A DNA stretch of 42,825 nt from an uncultured Burkholderiales bacterium (GCA_903952885.1 CAJBHE010000189.1:1-42825); one strand, 5' to 3'; numbered from the stretch's first letter, positions 28,429 through 37,667 are shown. Made by a program: numbers and translations. The notes: generated from the letters alone by a model not told the origin.

Positions 28429-29285
28429 CCCACCAGATTGACCCTGACAATTTGGCTGCGTTGCCACGCGGCGCGGGTGTGTATATTTTTCGTGGCGACA
28501 GCCCGCTGCCTTTGTACATCGGCAAAAGTGTGGACATTCGCAGTCGCGTCATGAGCCACTTGCGCGCACCCGACGAGGCCCGCATGGTGGCCCAAACGCG
28601 TCGCATTGACTTCATTGAAACCGCGGGTGAGATGGGCGCTTTGTTGCTTGAGTCGCGCATGATCAAAACTGACAACCCGATGTTCAACCAGCGTCTGCGA
28701 CGTATTCGCAGTTTGTGTTCGATCCGCTTGGTGCAGTCGCCCGTGGGCCTAGTGCCCGAGGTGGTGGACAGCAAGTCGGTCAACCTCGGCACTACGCCTG
28801 CGCTGTATGGTTTGTTTGCATCGCCGCATGCAGCGGCCACCAAACTCAGAGCCTTGGCCGAGCAGCACAGCTTGTGTTTGTCGGTGTTGGGACTTGAGCC
28901 CGCAGGTCGGCGCGGCTGCTTTGGGGTGCAAATCAAAACCTGTTTGGGCGTGTGTGTCGGGCAAGAAGAGCGCGGCATCCATGACGCGCGTTTGTTCTCG
29001 GCCCTGTGTGATTCGCAGGTTGAGGTGTGGCCTTTTGCCGGTGCGGTGGATGTGGTGGAAACCTCGGGCACTTGGGTGCAGCGCCACCGTGTGAACAACT
29101 GGTGTTACTTGGGCACGCAGTGCTCGCGGGCTTTGTCATCTGCGTCGTCTTCGCTGTCTCCACACCTAAGCCAATCCTTGGCGTTGAACGACGCCGCACC
29201 GCGCGAGTTTGATTTAGACAGTTACAAAATTTTGGTGCGGCCCATCATGCTGAAAACAGCGGTGGTAGAGCCGGTCGCATCCTGA
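28422..29285 (+). CDS. cho: Cho/UvrC-N-like GIY-YIG excinuclease
   Basis: GVYIFRG...[30 protein letters not shown]...P.FNQRLR and [11 protein letters not shown] motifs. GTG at 28422 overlaps the end of umuD. Confidence 0.85.
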   Translation: MLTHQIDPDNLAALPRGAGVYIFRGDSPLPLYIGKSVDIRSRVMSHLRAPDEARMVAQTRRIDFIETAGEMGALLLESRMIKTDNPMFNQRLRRIRSLCSIRLVQSPVGLVPEVVDSKSVNLGTTPALYGLFASPHAAATKLRALAEQHSLCLSVLGLEPAGRRGCFGVQIKTCLGVCVGQEERGIHDARLFSALCDSQVEVWPFAGAVDVVETSGTWVQRHRVNNWCYLGTQCSRALSSASSSLSPHLSQSLALNDAAPREFDLDSYKILVRPIMLKTAVVEPVAS

Positions 29286-29290
29286 ACCCC

Positions 29291-30553
29291 ATGCCCTCGC
29301 AAATTGCCTTGGTCGATTGCAACAACTTTTACGTCAGTTGCGAGCGCTTGTTTCGCCCTGATTTGAAAGGCGTGCCTGTGGTGGTGCTGTCCAACAACGA
29401 CGGCTGCGCCGTGTCGCGCTCTAATGAGGCCAAGGCCTTGGGTGTGCGCATGGGCCAGCCTTGGTTTGAATATGCGCAGCAGGCCAAAGCGCAAGGCGTG
29501 GTGGCCCTGAGCTCCAACTATGCCTTGTACGCAGACATGTCCAACCGCGTCATGTCTATCTTGGCTGACTACGCGCCGCAGCATGAGGTGTATTCGATCG
29601 ACGAGTGTTTTGTTGACCTCACGGGCATGCCCCAGCTCAAAGCCCTGAGTTACCAAATGCGTGACCGTGTGATCGCTTGGACCGGCATTCCGGTGTGCGT
29701 GGGCATTGGCCCGACCAAGACTTTGGCTAAGCTGTCGAATCACATTGCCAAGAAGCATCCGAGGTCCAAGGGTGTTTTTAATTACAACGATTTGAGCGAC
29801 GCCCAGCAAGCGCGCATCTTGGGCCAAATTGAGGTGGGCGAGGTGTGGGGCGTGGGCCAGCGCCTCAGCGCACGGCTGGCTGAACATGGCATTCAAACAG
29901 TCGCTGATTTACGCGGTGCACACACGCCCACCTTGCGTGCCGAGTTTGGTGTGGTGTTAGAGAAAACGCAACGCGAGCTGCAAGGCATTGCCTGCCTCGC
30001 GTTGCAAGACATAGCACCCGACAAGCAACAAATTGTGTGCAGCCGATCTTTCGGCCAAACTGTCCACGAGCTGGCCGTGCTGCAAGACGCCATGAGCACC
30101 TTTGTAGCCAACGCCTGCGTCAAGCTGCGCACGCAGGGCTCGCACGCGGGGGCCATTCATGTGTTTTTGCGCACCAACCGTTTTCGCCCAGACCAGCCGC
30201 AGTACAACCCGTCGTTCACCTTGCCACTGCCGCAACCCACGCAAGACAGTTTGGTGGTCAACCGCTGGGCCGATTACTTGGTGAGCCGCTTGTTCAAAGA
30301 GGGCTATGGCTACAAAAAAGCCGGCATCATGCTGAGCGATATTTCGTCCGTCACCACGCACCAAACCGATTGGCTAGAACCTGCACAAGCCCAGCCCAGC
30401 CACTTGATGGCGGTGATCGATGGCCTCAACAAACGTTACGGGCGCGGCACGGTCAAGGTGTCGACGCAGGGGGCTTTCAAGACCTGGCAAATGAACCAAA
30501 ACCAAAAATCCCCCAGCTACACGACGGACTGGCAGCAAGTGCCTGTGGTTTGA
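29291..30553 (+). CDS. umuC: DNA polymerase V subunit UmuC (Y family)
   Basis: [27 protein letters not shown] and C-terminal W.M.....SPSYTTDW. Confidence 0.95.
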   Translation: MPSQIALVDCNNFYVSCERLFRPDLKGVPVVVLSNNDGCAVSRSNEAKALGVRMGQPWFEYAQQAKAQGVVALSSNYALYADMSNRVMSILADYAPQHEVYSIDECFVDLTGMPQLKALSYQMRDRVIAWTGIPVCVGIGPTKTLAKLSNHIAKKHPRSKGVFNYNDLSDAQQARILGQIEVGEVWGVGQRLSARLAEHGIQTVADLRGAHTPTLRAEFGVVLEKTQRELQGIACLALQDIAPDKQQIVCSRSFGQTVHELAVLQDAMSTFVANACVKLRTQGSHAGAIHVFLRTNRFRPDQPQYNPSFTLPLPQPTQDSLVVNRWADYLVSRLFKEGYGYKKAGIMLSDISSVTTHQTDWLEPAQAQPSHLMAVIDGLNKRYGRGTVKVSTQGAFKTWQMNQNQKSPSYTTDWQQVPVV

Positions 30554-30610
30554 CATCAAATTCAGTTAAAGTGAATTTGGCAATATCTTTTGTCAAATAA
30601 AAGGAAATCT

Positions 30611-31000
30611 ATGTCACGACTTCTACGTCTTTTGATCGCTTCTGTCTCCATATTGGCAGTGTCCGCTTGCGCCACTTGGATGGGCGGCACGTCTTACACC
30701 CAAGTCAGCGATGGGGTGTTGGTCGGTACCAACAACATGACGCTGTACATCTTTACAAAAGACGGCGTGGGTTCTGGCAAGTCTGTGTGCAATGCGCAGT
30801 GCGCCATCAACTGGCCACCCCTCTTGGTGGAAGCGAATGTCCAAGCCTCAGGTGACTACACCGTGATTGCGCGCGATGATGGCAAAAAACAGTTGGCCTA
30901 TAAAGGCTTGCCACTTTACTTCTGGTCAAAAGATGCCAAGCCAGGCGACAAGACAGGTGACGGTCGCGCAGAGGGCGCTTGGAAAGTGGCGAAGCCCTAA
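30611..31000 (+). CDS. Lipoprotein with Yx(FWY)xxD repeats (COG4315-like)
   Basis: Lipobox VSAC; TLYIFTKD, C...CAINWPP and PLYFWSKD.KPGD..GDG motifs; AAGGA RBS before ATG 30611. Confidence 0.88.
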   Translation: MSRLLRLLIASVSILAVSACATWMGGTSYTQVSDGVLVGTNNMTLYIFTKDGVGSGKSVCNAQCAINWPPLLVEANVQASGDYTVIARDDGKKQLAYKGLPLYFWSKDAKPGDKTGDGRAEGAWKVAKP

Positions 31001-31030
31001 GCTTCGCGACTGTTCATGCGTTAGCCACAC

Positions 31031-31054
31031 ACCGCCTTCGGGCGGTTTTCTTTT
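31031..31054 (+). terminator. Intrinsic terminator
   Basis: ACCGCC-TTCG-GGCGGT followed by TTTCTTTT. Confidence 0.85.
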
Positions 31055-31060
31055 GGTGGC

Positions 31061-31462
31061 TCAGCGCAGGGTGTTCAGTGTGTGGGCATCCACTGACACA
31101 CGCACGCCCAGCGAGCCTGAACCTTGGCGCACGGGCGTTTTGCGCAAAGCAATGTCGACCGCCTCAATTTCAGAGTAAGCCGCACACGCGTGCACGATGC
31201 GCGTGACCAAACGCTCTTGGGTGTCGTAATGGCCATCCGCGGCGAGACGGTCGATCTCGGCCACCAAGGGGTCGTAGTCAAACACATGGGCCATGCCGTC
31301 TTGGGCGATCAGCACCAAGGCTGGCGCGAGCCACAGCGTAAGGTCCAGCACGTGTGCATCGGGCACTACCTCGTGGAGGCCATAGCTGCCGATCTCTGTG
31401 TGCAGTTGTAGGTCGCGCAGCTCAACGCAGGCCCTGATTGACAGAGGCAGCTTGGCTATCAT
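31061..31462 (-). CDS. Dihydroneopterin aldolase-like (FolB/T-fold) protein
   Basis: ELRDLQL...IG, LDLTL, FDYD.L, TQERL..RI and IALRK patterns; ATG 31462 coupled to the SOUL stop. Confidence 0.75.
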   Translation of the reverse strand: MIAKLPLSIRACVELRDLQLHTEIGSYGLHEVVPDAHVLDLTLWLAPALVLIAQDGMAHVFDYDPLVAEIDRLAADGHYDTQERLVTRIVHACAAYSEIEAVDIALRKTPVRQGSGSLGVRVSVDAHTLNTLR

Positions 31463-32121
31463 GGCGCAGCGACCTCCACCATGATTTCGTTGCGCCTGAA
31501 CATGGGAAGTGTCCAAGGTGGGTCGTAGCGCGACAGCTGCGGCGTGCCCACAACCTTGAGGGATTGCTGCTGGGCCCAAGCCAAGGCGTCGTTGGTTTTT
31601 TCTTGCACCCGTGCCAAGGTGTTGAAGCCTGAGTAGCGATACACCACAAAGTATTTGCGCGGTAGCTCGCGCAAGGTCACCGCGTTGTTGTTGGGCTTGG
31701 GAATGTTGGCCAGGGTGTATTGACTGGGCATCACGAAGTGAATGCGCCATTGGGTGGCCTCGGCCATCGCGTTGTTGCCCGATTGCGGCTCGATGGTGAC
31801 GGGCGCGGTCATGGCAATCTTTAAAGATTGGGGCTCCATCGTCACTGGCGCGGTCATGGCAATTTTGGCGGCTTGCTGGGAGACCGCAGCACGGTTGTTG
31901 CCAAAGATGTAATCGGCAATCAAGCGAAAGCCTTTGCCAGATGCGGCGTCCATGTCGCCGTCCACCACGGTTTCGGCGACCAAGGTCGGCGCGTAATGGC
32001 GCAGCTCGAAGGGGCCTTGTGAGATGCGCACGTCGTAGTGGGGTTCTTCGATGGCCATGGCTGATTGCATCCATAAAAGCCCAACCAACAAGGCGAGGCG
32101 GGTGACTGTGTTTAAGTGCAT
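31459..32121 (-). CDS. SOUL heme-binding protein
   Basis: EEPHY.V, ELRHY, GFRLIADYIFGNN, IAMTAPV, FVMP and YDPPWTLPMFRRNEI motifs; signal peptide. Confidence 0.93.
   Translation of the reverse strand: MHLNTVTRLALLVGLLWMQSAMAIEEPHYDVRISQGPFELRHYAPTLVAETVVDGDMDAASGKGFRLIADYIFGNNRAAVSQQAAKIAMTAPVTMEPQSLKIAMTAPVTIEPQSGNNAMAEATQWRIHFVMPSQYTLANIPKPNNNAVTLRELPRKYFVVYRYSGFNTLARVQEKTNDALAWAQQQSLKVVGTPQLSRYDPPWTLPMFRRNEIMVEVAAP
31781..31866 (-). repeat. 45-nt tandem duplication in the SOUL gene
   Basis: KIAMTAPVTMEPQS-L-KIAMTAPVTIEPQS. Confidence 0.85.
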
Positions 32122-32480
32122 GACTGAAGTTGCTCCAGCGTCACAAACTCAAGGGCTTTGGCGTGGGTGCACTCTAGCACCACAGGTGGTGCTACACCTG
32201 CATCCAAGGCTTCTTTCCAGCGCATGGCGCACAAGCACCAACGGTCGCCCGCTTTGAGTCCGACAAAGCGGTAGTCAGGTCTGGGGGTGATGAGGTCATT
32301 GCCTTTTTGCAATGAAAAATCCAGAAAGGCTTGCGTGACTTTGGCGCACACCACATGGCTTCCGTGGTCGTGGGCATCGGTGTGGCAACAACCGTCGCGG
32401 TAGTAGCCAGTGAGTGGGTCGTAAGAGCAGGGCATAAGTGCCGTGCCCAAGACGTTGCGTGCAAGGGTGGTGAGGGTCAT
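32112..32480 (-). CDS. DUF2237 family protein
   Basis: NVLG..L..CS.DPLTGYYRDGCC, H.VCA, GNDLITP and GDRWCLCA.RW motifs. Confidence 0.92.
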   Translation of the reverse strand: MTLTTLARNVLGTALMPCSYDPLTGYYRDGCCHTDAHDHGSHVVCAKVTQAFLDFSLQKGNDLITPRPDYRFVGLKAGDRWCLCAMRWKEALDAGVAPPVVLECTHAKALEFVTLEQLQSCT

Positions 32481-32486
32481 GCTTTG

Positions 32487-32510
32487 ATTCTATGAACGCC
32501 CACCAACCTT
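32487..32510 (-). promoter_or_regulatory. Putative leaderless promoter AAGGTTG-N11-TAGAAT (copy 1)
   Basis: -10-like TAGAAT 6 nt before the DUF2237 ATG, no SD; same motif at 37673-37696. Confidence 0.55.
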
Positions 32511-32625
32511 GGGCGCGCAATGGCTATCGACGGATCCAGCCCGCTTGGCCCATGACTTTCATATTTGTCTGGCAAGATTAGCCCCTCGCAAAAGTGAGAA
32601 GGCTTTCCATGAAAGGGGAAACAGC

Positions 32626-33384
32626 GTGGCAAATGGTTTGAAAATTGTGTTGGTGCTTGGCAGTGCGCCAGACGCGGTGCTGGCGAAAAACTGGGACCTG
32701 TCTGTTTTTACGTCGCGTGTGGCCATCAACAACGCCTGGCAAATCACGCCCGATTGGGACTACTTGGTTTACCCCGAAGACTTGGCCCTAGATCGTTTGC
32801 CACCTGAGCCCTTGTTGCCCCATCAGCGCTTGATTGATGCCTCTGAGTTTGTGCCACAACAAAATAGTTTTGGTGGCTTCGTGTATGCCGGTGGCACCAT
32901 GGCCTTTACTACGGGTTACTGGGCTTTGGGTGCCTTAAAGCCAGACATTTTGGCGTTTTTGGGGTGCGACATGGTCTACGCCACAGGCGCTGGCGAGGCC
33001 AGCCATTTTTATGGCCAAGGCACACCAGACCCTTTGCGTGTGGATGTGACCTTGCAGTCCTTAGAGGCTAAGTCGGTTCGATTTTTATCGTTCGCGCATT
33101 CACAAAATTGCGCGGTGGTGAATTTATCCAAGCTTCCCGAATCACGTCTGTTGTTCCCCCGTGTGTCCATGGCAGAGTTCGCGACCCAGTCGTTGTGTCA
33201 AGACATGGTGAACCGCCAAAGTCAGCTGTTTGATAGATCGGTCGTGACGCGTGTGCTTCAGGTCGAACAAGACTTGGGCTACATGGTTCCTTCAGGTCGT
33301 TATTGGGAGCGTGCGGCGGAGTTTGATAAAACAAAGCTCAGTGAAATCGACCATATGTGGCTGCAGGCTATGCAAGCGGGTTAG
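32626..33384 (+). CDS. Hypothetical protein with a CstII/DUF115-like (sialyltransferase/MptE-like) Rossmann pattern
   Basis: VLVLGSAP, VAINNAW, GGTMAF..GYWAL, AFLGCDMVY and HFYG motifs; AGGGG RBS before GTG 32626. Confidence 0.6.
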   Translation: MANGLKIVLVLGSAPDAVLAKNWDLSVFTSRVAINNAWQITPDWDYLVYPEDLALDRLPPEPLLPHQRLIDASEFVPQQNSFGGFVYAGGTMAFTTGYWALGALKPDILAFLGCDMVYATGAGEASHFYGQGTPDPLRVDVTLQSLEAKSVRFLSFAHSQNCAVVNLSKLPESRLLFPRVSMAEFATQSLCQDMVNRQSQLFDRSVVTRVLQVEQDLGYMVPSGRYWERAAEFDKTKLSEIDHMWLQAMQAG

Positions 33385-34367
33385 GCTGCACCTTCACGCA
33401 AATCAATGCCTTCGTGTTGTGCAATTTTTTCGAGCGCGTTTTCAAACAACGAACGTGCAGAGCCCGAAATAGAACGCAGGTAGGCATGTAGGTGAGCATC
33501 TTTTGCGTTTCGATTCAGACACTCTTGGCTATATTCCTCAAAGCTGGCCAGTTGCGAAATCAGCTCAGCCACATGTTTAGGGCATTCGCACAGCACGTTG
33601 GTTGAAATGCCCGCCACGCGGGTGAGTGTTTGGTCTGAATATTTCCGACTGGGAATGACGGCACCCGTGGTGCCAAACTCTTGCGCTCGGGCCTGATCCA
33701 CAAATAACACCGACTGCAGTAGCTCTGCCAATTCACTGTCTGAGATGGGTTCGCGCCGCACGATCAAGCCTGAAAATTTCATGGCTTGCACCACTGCCTC
33801 GGTCGCGAAGTTGTATATGACGATGGTTTGCGCAAAGGCGTGTTGTTGGATCAACGCCTGAATCGTGGCGTGAACTGGGGTTTGCAGCGTGTTGATTTTG
33901 ATCAACAGCACTTGCGGCTGTTCAGCAAACTCAGCTTGGCTGGCGGCGGTTAAGTCCTCCAACACATCGGTAACTTGAATTTGATTTTGCTTCAAGCCCA
34001 TTGCAAATTTTTTGGACTCAATGCGATTGGCCATGCTCAAGCCCACCACCGCCATGAACACGGGTTGACCGGGTGCTGTCAATCTTTGTGGTGCGTTGTG
34101 CGGCAAGTTGCTCATGTGGCGCAACTGTGCCAAGTCAAGGTTGGCAATCGTGCTGATGGCATGGCCTTTGTGCGAAAGCTGTTTGAGCAGCAGAGCCTTG
34201 GACACATCGTGTTCTTCAAATAAACGCTGCTTTCCCTCGGTTTTGACGGGGCTGAATGCGCCGTAACGCGTTTCCCAAATACGCAGGGTTGACACGGGGA
34301 CGCCCGTGGTTTTAGAGACTGCACCTATGCGGTAAAGCGGGCCAGTGGACGATATATGTAATGTCAA
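33381..34367 (-). CDS. MerR-family regulator with an uncharacterised C-terminal CECP domain
   Basis: YRIGAVSKTTGVPVSTLRIWETRYG...RLF helix-turn-helix; C-terminal CECPKH...FEEYS.EC..R...DA.LH. Confidence 0.9.
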   Translation of the reverse strand: MTLHISSTGPLYRIGAVSKTTGVPVSTLRIWETRYGAFSPVKTEGKQRLFEEHDVSKALLLKQLSHKGHAISTIANLDLAQLRHMSNLPHNAPQRLTAPGQPVFMAVVGLSMANRIESKKFAMGLKQNQIQVTDVLEDLTAASQAEFAEQPQVLLIKINTLQTPVHATIQALIQQHAFAQTIVIYNFATEAVVQAMKFSGLIVRREPISDSELAELLQSVLFVDQARAQEFGTTGAVIPSRKYSDQTLTRVAGISTNVLCECPKHVAELISQLASFEEYSQECLNRNAKDAHLHAYLRSISGSARSLFENALEKIAQHEGIDLREGAA

Positions 34368-34377
34368 AATTGCACCT

Positions 34378-34471
34378 TTGAGTAGGGGTTGAGTAGATAA
34401 TATGTCGAAATAACGGTTTTTAATAGAAATACCTTGGCTTGAGTAGGTAAATGTTCCAAAATATTACTCAA
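34378..34471. repeat. TTGAGTAG repeats in the divergent regulator promoter
   Basis: TTGAGTAG at 34378, 34389 and 34439; inverted TACTCAA at 34465. Confidence 0.7.
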
Positions 34472-34485
34472 TAGGAGTTTTAGCC

Positions 34486-34983
34486 ATGATTTCAAAAAAA
34501 ACCATCCATGCCATCGAGGTCTGCGTATTTCTTGCTGGGCAGCGCGGTATGGGCTACGTGACCACCACAGAGTTGTCGCCCAGATTGAGCTTGTCTATCT
34601 CCTATTTGGAAAACATCCTCAAGCCCCTGAAGGATCACGGTCTTGTGACGGCGATGAAAGGTCCTGGCGGCGGCTACATGATTTGCGGCGATGTGTCATT
34701 GGTGTCTATTTGGGACATCGCGGTGGTGTTTGAGCGCACATTCAATGATGTTCCTTTGTCTGATGGCACTGATGCGATGACCTTGGCCAGCTACGAGCTG
34801 GGGCTGGAGCAAATTGTGAAAGACACCTTGAATAGCTTCACTTTGTCGGACTTTGTGGACTACTCATCGGTCGAGGTCAAATCCTATGCTCAGGAGATGG
34901 GGCGCTTCAAGTTCAAGCCCTTGCCGACCCCTATCATGCCCAAGGCTCCCAATTCTGTGTTCCAGTTGCACATGTCCTTTTAA
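34486..34983 (+). CDS. Rrf2-family (IscR-like) regulator lacking the Fe-S cysteine triad
   Basis: LSISYLENIL..L...GLV...KGPGGGY winged HTH; no Cys after the wing region; C-terminal APNSVFQL. Confidence 0.88.
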   Translation: MISKKTIHAIEVCVFLAGQRGMGYVTTTELSPRLSLSISYLENILKPLKDHGLVTAMKGPGGGYMICGDVSLVSIWDIAVVFERTFNDVPLSDGTDAMTLASYELGLEQIVKDTLNSFTLSDFVDYSSVEVKSYAQEMGRFKFKPLPTPIMPKAPNSVFQLHMSF

Positions 34984-35012
34984 CGTGCCACCGAAGCATG
35001 GAGTCACGCAGC

Positions 35013-35300
35013 ATGAATGAAACATCAGCTAAGCGTCTTGCGCTTTTGACGCCGGGTGATGTCTCGGCAGTGATTCAAATGGCGTGGGAAGACCGAACTT
35101 CTTTTGAAACCATTCAAGAGCGTTTAGGCCTCAGCGAGTCTGATGTCATACGGCTGATGCGCAGCGAGCTCAACCCGAGCTCGTTCAAATTGTGGCGAAT
35201 CCGAATGAAGGGGCGTGTCACAAAGCACCGCGCGTTGAGAAGTCCGAGCATGAAGTTTGATGACCATGCTTTGGCAGACCATCGAAGGGCCAATTGCTGA
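35013..35300 (+). CDS. TIGR03643 / DUF2805 family protein
   Basis: IQMAWEDRTSFETI...GLSESDVI.LMR.EL..SSFKLWR.RM.GR.TKH. Confidence 0.9.
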   Translation: MNETSAKRLALLTPGDVSAVIQMAWEDRTSFETIQERLGLSESDVIRLMRSELNPSSFKLWRIRMKGRVTKHRALRSPSMKFDDHALADHRRANC

Positions 35301-35992
35301 TGTTTGAAAACGACTATAAGGCACTTGTCATTGGAGCAAGCGGGGCGATTGGTGGCGCATTTGTTTCGGCGTTTCAAGTTGACTCTCGCTGTATGCATGT
35401 CGAGCAGGTGTCTCGGTCTCAGACGCCTGGTTTTGATGTCTTGGATGAGTCATCGATTCATCAGCAAGCTGAAGTGTGTCGTGCATCTGGTCCTTATGAG
35501 ATCATCATTGACGCCACCGGGGCGCTGACCATCGACGGTGTAGGCCCCGAAAAATCTTTGGCGAGTTTGCGTGAAGTAACCTTGGCGAAAAATTTCCACA
35601 TCAACGCCGTGGGTCCGGTGATGGTACTTCGTCATTTCGCCCCTTTGTTAGCGTCTGGCCCATCGGTGTATGCCAAGCTTTCTGCACGTGTGGGTAGTAT
35701 TTCAGATAACACCAAGGGCGGCTGGTATGGCTATCGGGCCGCCAAAGCTGCGTTGAACATGTTGCTGCAAACTGCAGCCATTGAGTTGCAGCGAAAAAAT
35801 TCACAACTGCGCGTGGTGGCCTTGCAGCCGGGAACGGTGAGGTCCAATTTGTCGCAAGCTTTTGCTAGCTCGGTGCCACATTTGTTAGAGCCAGCCGAGT
35901 CGGTGGCAGGAATGCTCTCTGCCTTGAAAACCCTCACCCCCAAATCAGGCGCGCATTATGTGGATTACAGGGGTGAACACATACAATGGTAG
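35300..35992 (+). CDS. Short-chain dehydrogenase/reductase (CsgA/C-factor-like)
   Basis: GASGAIG, LSARVGSISDN..GGWYGYRAAKAALN and PGTV motifs. Confidence 0.9.
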   Translation: MFENDYKALVIGASGAIGGAFVSAFQVDSRCMHVEQVSRSQTPGFDVLDESSIHQQAEVCRASGPYEIIIDATGALTIDGVGPEKSLASLREVTLAKNFHINAVGPVMVLRHFAPLLASGPSVYAKLSARVGSISDNTKGGWYGYRAAKAALNMLLQTAAIELQRKNSQLRVVALQPGTVRSNLSQAFASSVPHLLEPAESVAGMLSALKTLTPKSGAHYVDYRGEHIQW

Positions 35993-36006
35993 TGTGAGCG
36001 ACAAAC

Positions 36007-36594
36007 TTACCGCGCTTCGTTGGGGCGTGGTATGACACGGTAAGAAAGGATTTTTCCTTTGACATCGACCTTTGCCAACACCAGATCGCCTGAGCTGACG
36101 TTTTCTCCCACGAACTCAAAGATGTTGACATGGTGAGTCACCAAAATTAGCGCCTGTTTGCCCTTGGATTTGATCTTTTCAGCAATGAAGCTTTGCAGCT
36201 GTTGGTTTTGTGCTTTGGCTTTGTGCATCTCATCAAAAAACGAAGCTAATGTGGGTTCAACCTGCCAGCCTTTGAAACCCATCAATTGCGCTGTGTCCTT
36301 ACAGCGGCACCAAACACTTGTGTACACAGCTGCGTTGTTGACACCTTGCTGACGCAGCCAATCGCCGACCACAACAGCTTGTTCTCGGCCCTCTGTGCTG
36401 AGGTTGCGTTGTGTTTCGCATTTGGCCAGCGTGTAGTTAGCTGGGTCGCCCACGCCTGGGGCGAGGGTATGACGCATCAGCAGCACATGATCAGGCAATA
36501 GCAGTTTTTCAGACAAGTCGCTGGCATGGGCCAGCACACTCGCCAAAACCCCAAGAGTGAACAAGGCCACGCGCTTGAACACAGAGTTTTGCAT
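36007..36594 (-). CDS. Exported histidine phosphatase-family protein
   Basis: Signal peptide; LMRH, QRNLS..GR.QA, S.WCRC.DTA and LVTH motifs. Confidence 0.87.
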   Translation of the reverse strand: MQNSVFKRVALFTLGVLASVLAHASDLSEKLLLPDHVLLMRHTLAPGVGDPANYTLAKCETQRNLSTEGREQAVVVGDWLRQQGVNNAAVYTSVWCRCKDTAQLMGFKGWQVEPTLASFFDEMHKAKAQNQQLQSFIAEKIKSKGKQALILVTHHVNIFEFVGENVSSGDLVLAKVDVKGKILSYRVIPRPNEAR

Positions 36595-36597
36595 GCG

Positions 36598-37146
36598 TTA
36601 GCTCCTTTTCGTGAACGACAAGGTGACATCGCCCAAGTGAATGCCCAGCTTGGTCATGCGTGCTTTGTTGAGCATGACGCGGTCGTTCATCAAATACATC
36701 CAGTCATCCATTTGCACATTCAGCACCGAACCGCCCACGGGCAGGGCTAGTGTGTAGCGCCAGTTGAACGCGTTGCCTTTGGTTTGGCCCTCAGCCATAC
36801 CCACTACATCGCCAGCATTGCCCACATAGGCGCCATTGCCTTTATCTGTGAGTTTCCAAATGCGTTTTTCTTTTGAGCCGTCTGAGTACACAAAGTCTTC
36901 GTCCAAGATGCCTTGGTCGTTTTGCCATTGGCATTTCATCTCGACCGTGAAGCGCTTGACTACTTTACCGTTGCGGTCGGTGAAGATGCCCCAAGCGTCC
37001 ACCATGCCGTTGAAATAAGTGCGCAGGTCGAGTACTGGCTTTTGGCCTGCAAACTCATCAATGGATGGGCTTGCGCAACCACTCAGATTGGCGACCACAG
37101 CCGTGCTGGCCATGCCAGTCAGTAAAAGCTTTCGACGATTCATCAT
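36598..37146 (-). CDS. DUF3833 lipoprotein
   Basis: NRRKLL/LSGC signal; YFNG...AWG.F.DR.G.V.KRF, LDEDFVY.DG, DDWMYL and K.G..LG.VTL motifs. Confidence 0.9.
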   Translation of the reverse strand: MMNRRKLLLTGMASTAVVANLSGCASPSIDEFAGQKPVLDLRTYFNGMVDAWGIFTDRNGKVVKRFTVEMKCQWQNDQGILDEDFVYSDGSKEKRIWKLTDKGNGAYVGNAGDVVGMAEGQTKGNAFNWRYTLALPVGGSVLNVQMDDWMYLMNDRVMLNKARMTKLGIHLGDVTLSFTKRS

Positions 37147-37667
37147 GTGAGACCTTGTGGTGGAGTGAAGAGTTTTTTGGCCGTGCAGACTAAGAAGGGC
37201 AGCGCGATCATCCAAGTCAAAGCAAGTGCAGCGAGATGAACAAGCGAGCCGTCAAAAGATGCCGCGCCAAGTTGTGCCCCAGCATAGTAGGTCAGGGGAC
37301 CAAAAGCCAGCCCTGTCACTGCGGACAACCAAAGTGGCAGCTTTTGTAGAAATGACAAGGAGGCGTTCAAGGTCATCGCAAACAAGACCCACAACATCCA
37401 GAGCCAAAACGGGCTCACGGGGCCCAAAGCCCAGCCGTAAAAACTGATGACATTCACCATTTGCAACAGTGTGTCCGCCAACACGCCCGTGACCAAGGCA
37501 ATCGCGGCCAGCTTGGCTTCGGCCAAGGGGTGCGCGGCAAAAATAAGGTGCAGGGCGGCCAACACCTGGCAGTAGACCAAGGCAGGAATCTCTAACCCAA
37601 GCCCAATGCCAGCAATGCAGGCCCACCAAGCGGTTTGAAAACCAAGGGCATTAATAAAAAAACGCAT
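37143..37667 (-). CDS. DUF2878 membrane protein
   Basis: NALGFQ..WWAC, P.WL..LW.LFA.TLN.SL and GPLTYYAG..LGA motifs. Confidence 0.88.
   Translation of the reverse strand: MRFFINALGFQTAWWACIAGIGLGLEIPALVYCQVLAALHLIFAAHPLAEAKLAAIALVTGVLADTLLQMVNVISFYGWALGPVSPFWLWMLWVLFAMTLNASLSFLQKLPLWLSAVTGLAFGPLTYYAGAQLGAASFDGSLVHLAALALTWMIALPFLVCTAKKLFTPPQGLT

Noticed and set aside
27988-30553. umuDC as a marker of a prophage or ICE
   Set aside because: No phage, conjugation or recombinase genes flank it; the context is UV repair
31463-32074. N-terminal extension of the 337-aa ORF 31061..32074
   Set aside because: It overlaps the SOUL gene in another frame and reads as Arg-rich noise; the real FolB-like gene starts at ATG 31462
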